The notes under the pieces were generated by a model. The model ran no database searches and was not told the DNA's origin. It saw only the letters and a program-made list of their open reading frames with translations. This document shows positions 26,078 to 40,900 of a stretch of 64,000 bases of DNA, piece after piece. Position 1 is the stretch's first letter. Each line of letters starts with the position of its first letter. The DNA comes from Octopus sinensis (lineage: Eukaryota), in contig NC_042997.1 of the NCBI RefSeq assembly GCF_006345805.1, positions 190,030,001 through 190,094,000 on the forward strand. The letters run 5' to 3'. The position numbers and the translations under genes are program-made.

Positions 26078-26846
26078 TATTTAGGAATTCGGTTTAACGA
26101 TGACGCAAATACATCGCTTATGATGGAAACGATAAGGAGAGTTCCTTTGTATTGATAGAGTTACAATATATTCTGGGAGCAACGCAATATATATTCGTAC
26201 ATATAAAATTAACATTGCTCCAGATTCTAACCCTAACGTTTCACGTGCTTAGCACGATCATGTGTGGTGAAGAGAGAATTTTTAAAATTGCGTTCATCAT
26301 ACATAGTATTTTAGTTTGTTACATATATCTCGTAGGAGACGAAATATGATATCATTTTTTATTTACAAAGAAAGAAATGAAATTGCAGTTGACCGAAAAA
26401 AATAAACAGGCTAAATGTGTACTTACAAAATCTCTCGGAGGAATGACTGTTAATGATAATTCTCGAAAACATAAAAAATATTTCTCATTAAAATTAATTC
26501 CTATGAGACATTTTGCTAGTGCAAACTGAACATGTTTATTTTTTCTATCAACCGCAGTTCCATTTCTTCAGTTTATAGGGGGAAAAAACCTCGTTTTTTG
26601 TAAGATATTCATAGTTCTTCTATAATTATAAATAAAGGACGCATGCTTGAAAATTTACCTTTCACCACCCATGTTTGAGGCAGCAGGTGAAAAATTAACC
26701 CACAAGTTTGAACTAATAGAATTTGTGTTGTTATTCGGTATATATAACTGAATAACAGTACACATGACTGTTGCCATAATATTGTTATACACTGTGACAA
26801 TTTTGTTTAATTACCGGAAAATATCGCAGTTATATATTACAACAAT

Positions 26847-26886
<40 letters not shown>

Positions 26887-28074
26887 GCCGCCGTATATTA
26901 CAAACATAGTTCGCAGAAACTTAAACTATTTTACAGTGAACAGTTTCGCCAACAAGCATCTCGCTTTCGAAAAAAAAAAAAATAATAAATAGAAATAACG
27001 AAATAATGGCGATCACAGTTAGCAATTGTTATTCCGGGACGTTTGAAGCTGATCGCCTTTCTGAAAACAGTAAGAATCGGCTAAAATATGCCATAAGGGA
27101 GAACGAAAATTATTTAAAGAAACCGCCGATGCTATTGTTGAATTCTCGTATATCTCCACATGTATCTGATTCAACAGAGATGACTCTGAAACACAGAGCT
27201 TAATAAGATTTCGAAACCAGAGTTCTTAAAAGATGTTTCGATCTTTTTTTGCTTTTGTTCAGCGACAGGTCTTTCTTAATGATATTAAAAAAAGTAGCTA
27301 AATGCTCCGACGTTAAAAGTTATCGATGTTGTTGGATATCACATAAAATTATGTGATGTTAATTATTGGATAATTAGTCGTTTTCTGTCCACAGCTTCTA
27401 TTATCATTAAAGAACATATAGGAGAATAGTTCAGTGCTCAATGGAAGCAATCCAGTTGGCAAACAAAACTTGACGAAAACTTTCATAATCTGCTCGTCAT
27501 ACTGGATGATTAACCACAATAATAAAATGGAAATAGAATAATGATTTCATGCCCCACTAATTCCATTTTATACAAAATAATCACAAAACTCTTAGGGCGA
27601 TTCTTGATCTCAGGATCTTGAGGGAAATCTAATTACTTTCAAGCAGAACTCAGGGCGTTGAACGAAAACCTTCGCTATCGTTGAACAATTTTTGAACGAA
27701 CCAGTATTAATGTTGGCTTCTAATCCTTTTCTCCATGGTCACAAAACTCAAGTCTACAATCCTCACAATTACAACCTATAGCGGAAAGATCGGATCCGGT
27801 TTTATAAATATCTCAAAGGGAATAATTCTAGGAGTTAGTTATTCTGTACTATGCAAACCGAAAAGTGTATATTGTATTGATTGTTTAGGAAAGGGGAAAG
27901 GGAAACAAGGAAGGAAAGGAGAAGAGGAGGAGAGAGTGGAAGACACAGAGACAGGGAAGAGAAAGGAAATTAGAAGAAAACACGTATCTTGGGATGACTT
28001 TTGACTAACACGTGGTTGATGCTAAATGTCATTTCAAGAGGTAAATTTTGTTTTTTGGAGAAAAATACACAGCT

Positions 28075-28230
28075 TTGCCTTGCGATTAGAAGATTGCTTC
28101 CCAACCACATGGTTACGGGTTCAGTCCCACCGCGTGGCACCTTGGGCAATTGTCTTATATTATAACCTCGGGCCGACCAAAGTTTTGTGAGTGGATTTGT
28201 GACGGAAAATGAAAGTAACACGTCGTATAT

Positions 28231-28289
<59 letters not shown>

Positions 28290-28480
28290 TGTGTGTGTGT
28301 GTGTTTGTCTGTGTGTCTGTGCTTGTCTCCTACCATCACTTAACAACCAATGTTGGATTGTTTACGTCCACGTAACTTAGCGGTTCAGCAAAAGAGACCG
28401 ATAGAATAAATACAAGTCCTGGGGTCGACTTTTTGAACTATAGGCGGTGCTCCAGCATGGTTGCAGTCAAAGAACTGAAA
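28075..28480 (+). mobile_element. SINE family B
   Basis: Family match. Confidence 0.85.
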
Positions 28481-28556
28481 GAAGTAAATGAATATATATA
28501 TATACATACACACATACATATATATATTTATATACACACATACATACATACATACA

Positions 28557-28589
<33 letters not shown>

Positions 28590-28917
28590 GTATGTGGCAT
28601 ATTTACATGTTTGTGTGTATAGTACTAATACTTTATTCTTCACTTGGTTACTTCATATTGCATGATACTAGTTATAATCCTAACATCACTCGTCATTTTA
28701 TAGGAATCTTAAAACGGATGCTATAAAACTTTAAGTTGCCAGATGGATCTACAGTTTATTTTATAATTTTCATATATAATTTAACTCTATAACTCCATAA
28801 AAATTTAAAACATTTGCCTTTTTCTTTGAAGCATGCAACTTACTAAATCTGTCGTATACGTATAAACACACAACTATATATACATATATACATACACACA
28901 CGCACGCACACTGACAC

Positions 28918-28965
<48 letters not shown>

Positions 28966-29254
28966 CTTTTGGACTAATGGATATATGTCGATTAGTATGT
29001 TAATGTGTTGAGTAAGGCACTAACACGTGACGCAGACTGCAAAATGGATGCAGCACAACATGGTGCACGGAGTCCCCCTACAAGGGACAGTAGCAGGATG
29101 GGTCGAAACGATTGTACAACATAAAGACTAATACGATATCCATGTTCCTGTTACTTAATCAATTATGTCAAAAGTAAATAGACACTCTTATATTCATTAA
29201 AATTAATTTCAATCTGAAATTATACATTCAAATTATTTATTAAATGTTATCAAT

Positions 29255-30235
29255 TAATATTTAATAGTAAGTAGACATGCCCATTACGTTTTTCAATGCA
29301 AGGACCCTACTAGGCATGTTACTAATCAGATGACTAATATTCTCTTGCGTAATTTCTTGCCAAGTGTCATGCGGTAATCTCAAAAGACCGGGATTTGAAG
29401 ATGCTTTCTTCTTCTTCTTATGACGTGTCTTCTCCATTATACCCCAGAGGTGTTCAATATGGTTCATATCTGGTGACTGGCTTGACCATGGAAGCTTTTT
29501 AATACCATTCTCATCCAACAAATCCTTTGTTATTTTAGCCGTGTGACAAGGCGTCTTCTTTAAACATTTCACTACTTGAGAAGATCGGAAAGAGTCCTTC
29601 CTGCAATACAGACACATACGTATCTGAATTAAATTTTCTCTCACACTCCACCAGTTCTGCTCAACCAGTGCTCCAAATTGGTGCCCATACCATTAGAGAA
29701 TAGCTGCCGCCTTTCATTGTTGACTGCAATCTTTTCACATTAAATTCTTGATGTCTCTAGACCCACATTCGACGACTGTCAGGAAATTCGGCAAATCTGA
29801 ACACATCAGAAAATATGGCTGTGTCCCAAAATACTAGCGTCCTCTCCACCATGTCACCGACCCAATAATCTCTCCTCTTGATGTTGTCTAGTCGAAGAAG
29901 TGGCTTCCTTGTTGTTAGTCTGCCATAGCAAACAAGTTTGCGGAGATACCTGAAGGCTGCTCTGGGACTGACATCAACTGGTCATGCTATGTCAGAGGCC
30001 TTGCAACGAGGGTTATTCTCCACACTTCTATCAGAAAAAGGAAGGATCATGTCATAAAGCCCTGGTCAACCTGGGCGAAGTGATGTGGAAACCTCCCCGT
30101 CTCTGGTGAATTGAACAATCACCCTTTTAACTGTAGAAAGTGAGATCCCAAGGTTTTCTGTGACTTTACGCTATGTCCACATTCAGAATGAGCCACAATA
30201 CAACCTCCTTTGAAATTCCAAGGCTTCTTTTGTAC
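29255..30235 (-). mobile_element. Degenerate Tc1-like transposase
   Basis: LGISLSTVKR...RKPLL...IFSD...MKGGSYSLMVW...LPWSSQSPDMNHIEHLW, with stops and frameshifts. Confidence 0.85.
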
Positions 30236-30875
30236 ATGGCATGATTAAGTAGTCACATATCACGGTTAATAATTATACCATCTTAAATAGTGGAACTTCA
30301 TCACAATGGAAAAATAAAGAAAAAGAAAAAGAAAAAGGAGAAAAGAGAAAATAAGTATATACCAATTGATGCTGCATGTTATCCTTCTGAAAACCACTCG
30401 ACCGACTGAAAAATTTAGTTATACAATTAGAAGAGTTATAATAATTAGTGGTACATGCCTATCTACAGCGGTGGAGAAATGTTACTACGGCGTAAGTTGA
30501 ATATATAATACTGTTGGAGTATTCTCGTTCGGTGATAAAGTAAAAAGTAAAATTACCGGGACTTACAAAATATAATACGATAACAGGTAACCATAATTTA
30601 TTTCACGATAATTTTCCAATCGATTAGCATAATTAAATTAAATGAGGAGCATTTCAGAACCGTTAAAATAAATTATTTAAACTGGGAGACAAAATATTTC
30701 TATTTTGTGCACGTCATAATAGGAACAGTTAAGACTTAGACAATTCTACAAAACACAAGCATAGAAATTGTATTACTATATTACTATATTACTATATTCA
30801 TTGTTAAATTTAAGATATAAGTTTTAATTATGCTATCATCTTTAAATGAAATGATTATAAGTATATACATTAAAT

Positions 30876-30953
<78 letters not shown>

Positions 30954-32339
30954 TTAATAATAGTAATAATAATAACAATAATATATAAATATATATAAAT
31001 TTTATTAAAAACGTGATTAAAACATTTCTATTTTATGTACGTATTTCCGGTTATTTTTCCGTAAGCAATGAATATATAAACATTGATTTACAGTGGTATT
31101 TTCCTCTCATAAACTCAGTAAATTTGTATTTATTTTTATATTTACTAAGAATAATGTTTATATAAGCGCGCATGAATTGATTAGAATAATTATTAAAAAT
31201 AATTATATATCTTTTTGAATAATTATGCATGTATGAATATTTCTTGTAGACCCTATAATATTTAGTATATATCATCATATTACGTTCGTTCGAACTTGTA
31301 TGCATATAAATATTATAGAATAATAAAACTATTGGGCTTAGTCTAATGTATTTCCTTCTGTAAAACTAAGCAAAATTCTGATAATTTACTTATATATTAT
31401 TATCCTTTTTATGCAAGAAATAGCATAGTTTATAATAATCGTAACTTTATTCATTTCTTTAACATCGGTGTATTTAGTAGAAACTTTTGAATTAATGAAT
31501 CGTTGATTAAAAGTTTTTTTAATGCATTTAGAGTCTGAATAAAATATATTCTTATTCATTTTTTCATAATAGTATATAGAAATTTTAAATGAAATATATT
31601 TCCTACTCCAACATAAATTTAGTATTATGAATATATTCTTATTATAATATTCTTATTAATATATTCTTATTATATTATATTGTTCTTAGTAATATATTCT
31701 TAAAATGAATATATTCTTATTCATTTTTTCATAATAGTATATAGAAATTTTAAATAAAACATATTTCCTACTCCAACATAAATTCTTTACATATTATATA
31801 GATTTTATTATATATTAAAAATGGGTAGTGATTATTTTAGATTAAAATATCTTTAGATTAATATTATTAAAGATGCATAAGAACATTTTATGACAGTTGT
31901 AATTGTCTTGTTTATTTAAATAATTTTATCTATTTGAATTTTGTTTTTTGTTTTTATGGTATTTATTATTTTTAAATCAGTCTATTTTATGATTTACCAG
32001 TCGCATGAAATGTTAGTTATTAGACAAATATTACCTTGACGAGACTCCTACATAAATGTGAATTTGATAAATTCGCTAGTGGATATGAATCGAAACAAAT
32101 AGTAGGATATATATTTTTTAGTTATTTGTTATATTATATTATATATTTTCATAATAAAATTATATTATATTATAATGTTAATAAATTTTTAATATGTCAA
32201 TTGTATTTCTCCATTTCTTTTAATATTTACGTATTGAAATTATACCATTTTAAGTTCGGATATTTTCTCTACTATGTTGTGGTATTTAACTGAAGAACGG
32301 GGAAAATGGGATGTTTTCCATCCCTCTGAGGGATATTGT

Positions 32340-32525
32340 TTTTATGTTGGATTCCTTGACTGCGGCCAAGCTGGAACACCGGCTTTAGTCGAACAAATTA
32401 AACCCAGGATTTATTCTTTGTAATCCTAGTATTTATTCTCTTGCTTCTCTTTTGTTCACCCGCTATGTCACGGGGACGTAAACACCAGCATCGGTTGTCA
32501 AACGATGGTGGAGGGACAAACACAG
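32340..32525 (-). mobile_element. SINE family B, 3' half
   Basis: Family match. Confidence 0.8.
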
Positions 32526-32574
32526 ACACACAAATACATACATACATACACATATATACATATACATACATACA

Positions 32575-32685
<111 letters not shown>

Positions 32686-32783
32686 TATATATATGTAGAA
32701 GGTCGAAAAGGAACAGACATGGTGATATATATGGAAAAAAGTCATGGTAGAAAATGCTAAAATAATTTTATAAGAAAACATTC

Positions 32784-32819
32784 CAGTACCAGTTTAAGTC
32801 ATTGAAACTTTTTCAACTG
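32784..32819 (-). ncRNA. Decayed paralogue of the 53556 hammerhead (G12 to U)
   Basis: CAG-UUGAAAA-AGUU-UCAAU-GACU-UAAA-CUGG-UA-CUG; host element ~32745-32940 is homologous to ~53520-53745. Confidence 0.55.
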
Positions 32820-34953
32820 TAAGCATGGAAAAGTTTTTAAAAGAATATTTGCATAGTGTTCAAATACAAGTGGCATTTTCCTTGTTTCTGCCTGTTTTTG
32901 TCTCTTGCCTGTTTACTCTTGTGGGTTCGAGGTCGTTGTGAATTCACAAGATAGAAGAATTAGAGCCCGCATATTCAGTGAAGAATATCCAGACACCAAC
33001 ACAAAACTTTCCAGGACACTTCATATTTAGATGACATTAGCATGTCACAGGTAATTTTCCATGTTCATTCAATGCAACTTTTCTGACTTACTTAACTTAG
33101 ATCCGCATTTATAACATGAAATTATATTGTGGATCTAAGTAGACAAACTTAATATTAAATATTTACAAAGGAATCTGCGATAGCACGTCTCTCAGATTAG
33201 ATCTACGAATGTACACCACATGTATATCTGAATCATATATTACCTAGTCCCATGTCAGTTTCTCTTACAACACCTTTGAATTTTGAAAGTTTCTTTTCCT
33301 TAACAAAGACATTAGCAATTCCAATTTGAATCTTCGTTCATTTCATTCCATGGCAATTCATTCTAAATTGTGACTACTCAATTGCCAAGTTGTGCTTGTG
33401 ATGTATCGAATGATGACTATTGATAGTTTTAATAAATTCGAGGGAAGAAACGATTTACGAGTCCGGTCTTCAGAACAGGACCTGTTTCTGAAACGTGTGT
33501 TTGTTTTATGATTTTTTAGAGTTCCCACCGCTTTCGCATTTTCGATGTACACTAAAACCGTAATTAAAATATTCTAACTTATTTTGAAGTTATTGATTGG
33601 GCAGTCTGCGTCATTCGCCTTCAGGTTTGACTTGTTAGATTGTGTTGCAATCAACACTATATATACACATCTTATATGATTATTTGTGCGTATCTTTTCT
33701 ACGTGTGTGGTGGATATTGTAAACACTTCGCGGAATGATCAAGAAGAGAAGAACCTCAGTTATAAGATATATGCTGAAAGTGGCTTCTTTAGAATAAAAT
33801 TGGGTATCCACAGTCTGTTGAAACCTGTTGGACAGGCTCTATAAATTGAAAAGCGGGTATTTTTCAAGATATGCCTGCAAGAAAAATGCGTTTGAAAAAT
33901 AGGTTTATATAGTAAACTTGGACACTAAGGTTACAATAGAATTCGGAGGTGATTCCATGGACAGAACACGAACACCAGATCCATTCGCTTGTATATACAT
34001 ACATGAAGAATAGTGATTCGCAGACAGATATATATCACCTGCTTCTATCCATTCACACATGCACACAATAAGTTTGCTTGTTTGTGTGCGAGTATGTGTG
34101 TGTGTGTATGTGTGCGCGTATGTTTCTGTGCGTGCGCATGTATCGGTTTAAATTTGTTAGTATATATGTAGCAGTAAGATGGTTGCGTATAAGTGGAAAG
34201 GTATGTGGAGGGAAACACTTTCTTATAAGTAAATTATTAAGCAGAACACGCATGTAATATGTGAAGAATAGAAGAATGCTTCTTGTACTTATAAATCAAA
34301 ATCCTATTAAGGGTTTGTTATAGTAAACAAATTAAAAGCCTATTAAGTCAATGTAAACAGAAAGAAAATAAATTAGATTTGTGTTTTGTGTTTTCTGTGT
34401 TTTCCTTCATCTTGCTTTTAAAAGTTGCCGAAGCATATGATATCGTTGCGTAATAAGTCCATTGTTAATGAAGGAGAATAAAAAAAATCAATATCAAAAT
34501 CTAAACAAACAAAACATTACATTTGTTTATTCACTTTTTTAATGCGTTTGAAGATAAACAAAATGAGTGAATTTTAATCACTGGATGCTAGTACATAAAT
34601 AATTTTCTTTTTGTCTCTAAAATACATTTTATGTGAGTGTATATATAAATATACGTTCATAGATATACATATATATATACATACATACATACACATATAC
34701 ATAGATTACATGCGTATACACGTACATAAGTAGCTGTATCTGCCTATATGTGTGTACACACAAAGACACACACATACGCGTGCACGCACAAAGACACACA
34801 CATACGCGTGCATGCACATATAGACATTTATTATTTACTCTGACACGCAAACAATACAGGCTAAACGATTAATATAAAGTAATATAATTAATATATGATA
34901 TGTGATATAATTTATTTGTCTGGCTGTCTGGCTGTCAGGCTATACATGTGCAT

Positions 34954-35006
<53 letters not shown>

Positions 35007-35735
35007 TATGTATATATATACGCATAAATATATACATATGTGTATATATATAAATACATACATATATATATATACATATACATATAATATATATAGGTAT
35101 GCAGGTATGTATATACTACGTATATATGCTTATTATATTTGAATTTTATTTCCTTTTCATATTACTGTTTACGTTCATACGTATGTATGTTTTCATGTGT
35201 GTGAGTACGTTGGTTTAAATAGCTATCTCATCTACATTTTATGCCATTATATAGGATTGAACTTGAAAACTTCTCATTTCTTCTTCTCAATAATTATCAG
35301 GCTTCAAGTATATATCTCATAATATTGATAAATGTATACAATCTAAACAGAACCTCTTAAGAATACCTAGTCAACAAAAGCAATGCTATTATTACCTAAT
35401 TATATTAATGTACAAATGTGCACATATTTCGATTGTTGTAAAACTTTCTCTCATTAAAACATGTATACAGAAACATTGTATTATACATTTACTCTAATTA
35501 TATTAACATATTTCTCCACATTCGTGTACAACGATGATCTATCTCTATTCTCCCTGCGCGCATATAATGCACGTCCATAAATATGTATACTTCTATATCT
35601 TTGTGTAATCATGTAATTAAATGAATGAATCTCAAAGAAAAAAAAAAGAAAGAAATAATGGAAAATATTTACAACAAAAGACGAATAAGAATTTAAAATA
35701 TTAAAAGATTTGTTGGATTTTTGAAAGAAGATTAT

Positions 35736-35809
35736 TTAAGCCTCCTTTTGAAGTTCAGCAAGTTCTGCAGATTTTTCATAGTAAAATCTCTTTGAATGCA
35801 ATAGGCAAT
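35736..35809 (-). CDS. Candidate terminal coding exon
   Basis: Acceptor ttttccgtctttcag, frame CLLHSKRFYYEKSAELAELQKEA*. Confidence 0.3.
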
Positions 35810-36595
35810 CTGAAAGACGGAAAATGAAGACTTTGGTAATTTTGCAACTGAATTCCATGACATAAACTGCATTTCGAAAACAAAAACACATCACAAAATA
35901 AAGAGAAATTTGTAAAATATAAGTCTATTTTTATCTTACTCAAGGATCACCATTCTATCTAAAATTAATTCATCATGGATAAAGTATGTAAGCGGTTGAA
36001 GAAAATATAATTACAATGAAAACACAACCAGTACATTACAGCTACATGTTTTCAGACATTTTCGGAGCAAAGCCTTTTATACTATTTTTCTAATATTTCA
36101 ATGTGTGTGTGCGTGTGTGTGTCCGTGCGGTATAGTTGATGAGTCAGGGAGTTACAAGAAACTGTTCTACATTGATTATACCATAAACGGGATAGTATGA
36201 GAACGATGAAATCTTTTCGTTTGTTTCTCACGGTTGATTTTTTACAATTAACATCGCCCTGTTCTTGCCTAGTTGAACTGATACTGTACACAGGAACATG
36301 ATTCAATACTTCTCTTCCCCAATCTAGTAATTAGATCCTTAGTGGATATTATTTTCTGGGTGAAAGTACGTTGGAGACCTTCTGCTTAATAGCAATCTGT
36401 TCAGCACAAGGATTAATTTATTCTTGACAGTCTATTAGGGAAGATTAAAATTTACAGTATATAATGCATATGCAACAAAGAAGCAGTTAACAAGAAATAT
36501 GCATTACGGAGCCAAGCGATTCCATAGTCTCGGATTCACTCCTTACCATATCGCTCAGAAGAAAAAAGAATAAATCGAACTCTCTCTTTTATCTC

Positions 36596-36852
36596 TCTTT
36601 TGCTAGTTTCAGTCATTTGACTGCGGCTAAGCTGGAGCATCGCCTTTAGTCGAGCAAATCGACCCCAGAGCTTATTCTGTGTAAGCCTAGTACTTATTCT
36701 ATCGGTCTCTTTTGCCGAACCGCTAAGTTACGGGGACGTAAACACACCTGCATCGGTAGAAGACACTTGCCCAAGGTGCCACGCAGTGGGACTGAACCTA
36801 TGACCATGTAGTTGGTAAGCAAGCTACTTACCATACAGCCACTCTTGCGCCT
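36596..36852 (-). mobile_element. SINE family B with internal deletion
   Basis: gcatcggt joined directly to agaagacacttgcc. Confidence 0.8.
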
Positions 36853-37925
36853 GATGATTTTAAATTCAAAAGCTTCGAAAGATTTTACAAATTTAAGTAA
36901 ATGAGTTTCTGCGACTTGATATTATTTCATGGCACTACAGGAAATATAGCAAAGAGCTATGTCAAGTACGAAAATTGTGAAAATACCACTTACAAAATTA
37001 CAGTTTTCTGTCTTAGATAAGCATTTTCATGAGGAGGATTTCATTTAACATTTTCCGTATTAGTGATGAGGAAAATAATTGAAAAATATGGGAAATATAT
37101 TCATTTACCGGTAAATGAAAGCTTCTTCCTTTTTTTAATCCCATTTTTGAAGGAACACGCTTAATATCTGTTTCAAATACATATTGTACGTATTTTACAT
37201 ATTCTGTACTCGGAATGTGTAAAGAAATAGGAATAGAAATCTTCATTAGTTTATCAGTTTTATATTAAATAAGAATACTTCGTCCTATAAAGTGGAGGCA
37301 CAATGGCCCAGTGGTTAGGGCAGCAGACTCACGGTCGGAGGATCATGGTTTCGATTCCCAGACCGAGCGTTGTGTGTGTTTATATGGCGAAAACACCTAA
37401 AGCTCCACAAGGCTCCGGCATTGGGGTGATGGCGACCCCTATTGTATTCTTTCACCCCAACTTTCTCTCAGTCTTTCTTCCTGTTTCTTGGGTAACGCTG
37501 CGATGGACTGGCGTCCCGTTCAGCTGGTGGGAACACATACGCCACTGAAATCATGCCCATGGTCCCGGCTAGGCTTGAAAAGTGCGCATAAGTAAATAAA
37601 AATCGTCCTATAGAAGTGCTTGCCATTAGACGTCATGTGTATTACAAAATACATTGGGAATTTTCATCGTCCGACATATTTTGGGTGTTTCTTCACAGCC
37701 AGCAAAAAACTGATGGGATCACTGCCTCAGAAAGCTGGTCGGTCATGTTTAACTTTCTGATTGATGACACGAAATCACAAATAAACTTTTGAAACAGACG
37801 TGTCGAATTGCAATGAGGTTGTGTTTATCTCAAATATCTTCAAACATAGAAAACGTCACCTCCAAAAACCAAGCACATGCATCTCATCAATGATTATAAC
37901 ACACACGCACACACACACATACATG

Positions 37926-37974
<49 letters not shown>

Positions 37975-37976
<2 letters not shown>

Positions 37977-40900
37977 TATAAAATTAATTAAGGGTAGAAA
38001 TTGATATTTATCAATTAAGACCAGTGGTCTAGCATATTAAAAAAGAATCCGAAGATTAAAATATTTATATATACCAATTAAGGACTGAACACGAAAAGTG
38101 GACAGTCAACATGCTAGATATAGACGTCAAATCGCCATTCACCACAAAAGATTATGTTCTCAGATCAAACTCAGCACAAAACCATAGCAATAAACAAGTG
38201 AAAAATATACGAAATAAAATAATTACCCATGTACTAATTAGTTTCGACTGTTATTTTCCGCAAGGAAAACTGCAGCCATCATCGGCATGGTCCGTTATAA
38301 ATGCAATTTGCTGGACTAGATGCAAACACGATACCGAAATATCGCGTACATGGAGTTCAGCCTATTACATTTGAATATATCTTTCAAATGCCTTTACTTT
38401 GGCGCGTTGAGGCCCGAGAAAACTAGCCTGCAGCTAATAATTAGCAGCAATCAATTTATCGGTTAGAGAACATATTTATTTATATAAAATTAATTAAGGG
38501 TAGAAATTGATATTTATCAATTAAGACCAGTGGTCTAGCATATTAAAAAAGAATCCGAAGATTAAAATATTTATATATACCAATAAGGACTGAACGAAAA
38601 GTGGACAGTCAACATGCTAGATATAGACGTCAAATCGCCATTCACCACAAAAGATTATGTTCTCAGATCAAACTCAGCACAAAACCATAGCAATAAACAA
38701 GTGAAAAATATACGAAATAAAATAATTACCCATGTACTAATTAGTTTCGACTGTTATTTTCCGCAAGGAAAACTGCAGCAAGCATCTCAGCATGGTCCGT
38801 TATAAATGCAATTTGCTGGACTAGATGCAAACACGATACCGAAATATCGCGTGCATGGAGTTCAGCCTATTACATTTGAATATATCTTTCAAATGCCTTT
38901 ACTTTGGCGCGTTGAGGTCCGAGAAAACTAGCCAGCACTAATATTAGCAGCAGTCAATTTATCGGTTAGAGAACATATTTATTTATATAAAATTGATTAA
39001 GGGTAGAAATTGATATTTATCAATTAAGACCAGTGGTCTAGCATATTAAAAAAGAATCCGAAGATTAAAATATTTATATATACCAATTAAGGACTGAGCA
39101 CGAAAAGTGGACAGTCAACATGCTAGATATAGACGTCAAATCGCCATTCACCACAAAAGATTATGTTCTCAGATCAAACTCAGCACAAAACCATAGCAAT
39201 AAACAAGTGAAAAATATACGAAAAAAATAATTACCCATGTACTAATTAGTTTCGACTGTTATTTTCCGCAAGGAAAACTGCAGCCATCATCAGCATGGTC
39301 CGTTATAAATGCAATTTGCTGGACTAGATGCAAACACGATACCGAAATATCGCGTGCATGGAGTTCAGCCTATTACATTTGAATATATCTTTCAAATGCC
39401 TTTACTTTGGCGCGTTGAGGCCCGAGAAAACTAGCCTGCAGCTAATAATTAGCAGCAGTCAATTTATCGGTTAGAGAACATATTTATTTATATAAAATTG
39501 ATTAAGGGTAGAAATTGATATTTATCAATTAAGACCAATGGTCTAGCATATTAAAAAAGAATCCGAAGATTAAAATATTTATATATACCAATTAAGGACT
39601 GAGCACGAAAAGTGGACAGTCAACATGCTAGATATAGACGTCAAATCGCCATTCACCACAAAAGATTATGTTCTCAGATCAAACTCAGCACAAAACCATA
39701 GCAATAAACAAGTGAAAAATATACGAAATAAAATAATTACCCATGTACTAATTAGTTTCGACTGTTATTTTCCGCAAGGAAAACTGCAGCCATCATCAGC
39801 ATGGTCCGTTATAATGCAATTTGCTGGACTAGATGCAAACACGATACCGAAATATCGCGTGCATGGAGTTCAGCCTATTACATTTGAATATATCTTTCAA
39901 ATGCCTTTACTTTGGCGCGTTGAGGCCCGAGAAAACTAGCCTGCAGCTAATAATTAGCAGCAATCAATTTATCGGTTAGAGAACATATTTATTTATATAA
40001 AATAAATTAAGGGTAGAAATTGATATTTATCAATTAAGACCAGTGGTCTAGCATATTAAAAAAGAATCCGAAGATTAAAATATTTATATATACCAATTAA
40101 GGACTGAACACGAAAAGTGGACAGTCAACATGCTAGATATAGACGTCAAATCGCCATTCACCACAAAAGATTATGTTCTCAGATCAAACTCAGCACAAAA
40201 CCATAGCAATAAACAAGTGAAAAATATACGAAATAAAATAATTACCCATGTACTAATTAGTTTCGACTGTTATTTTCCGCAAGGAAAACTGCAGCCATCA
40301 TCGGCATGGTCCGTTATAAATGCAATTTGCTGGACTAGATGCAAACACGATACCGAAATATCGCGTACATGGAGTTCAGCCTATTACATTTGAATATATC
40401 TTTCAAATGCCTTTACTTTGGCGCGTTGAGGCCCGAGAAAACTAGCCTGCAGCTAATAATTAGCAGCAGTCAATTTATCGGTTAGAGAACATATTTATTT
40501 ATATAAAATTGATTAAGGGTAGAAATTGATATTTATCAATTAAGACCAGTGGTCTAGCATATTAAAAAAGAATCCGAAGATTAAAATATTTATATATACC
40601 AATTAAGGACTGAGCACGAAAAGTGGACAGTCAACATGCTAGATATAGACGTCAAATCGCCATTCACCACAAAAGATTATGTTCTCAGATCAAACTCAGC
40701 ACAAAACCATAGCAATAAACAAGTGAAAAATATACGAAATAAAATAATTACCCATGTACTAATTAGTTTCGACTGTTATTTTCCGCAAGGAAAACTGCAG
40801 CCATCATCAGCATGGTCCGTTATAAATGCAATTTGCTGGACTAGATGCAAACACGATACCGAAATATCGCGTGCATGGTGTTCAGCCTATTACATTTGAA

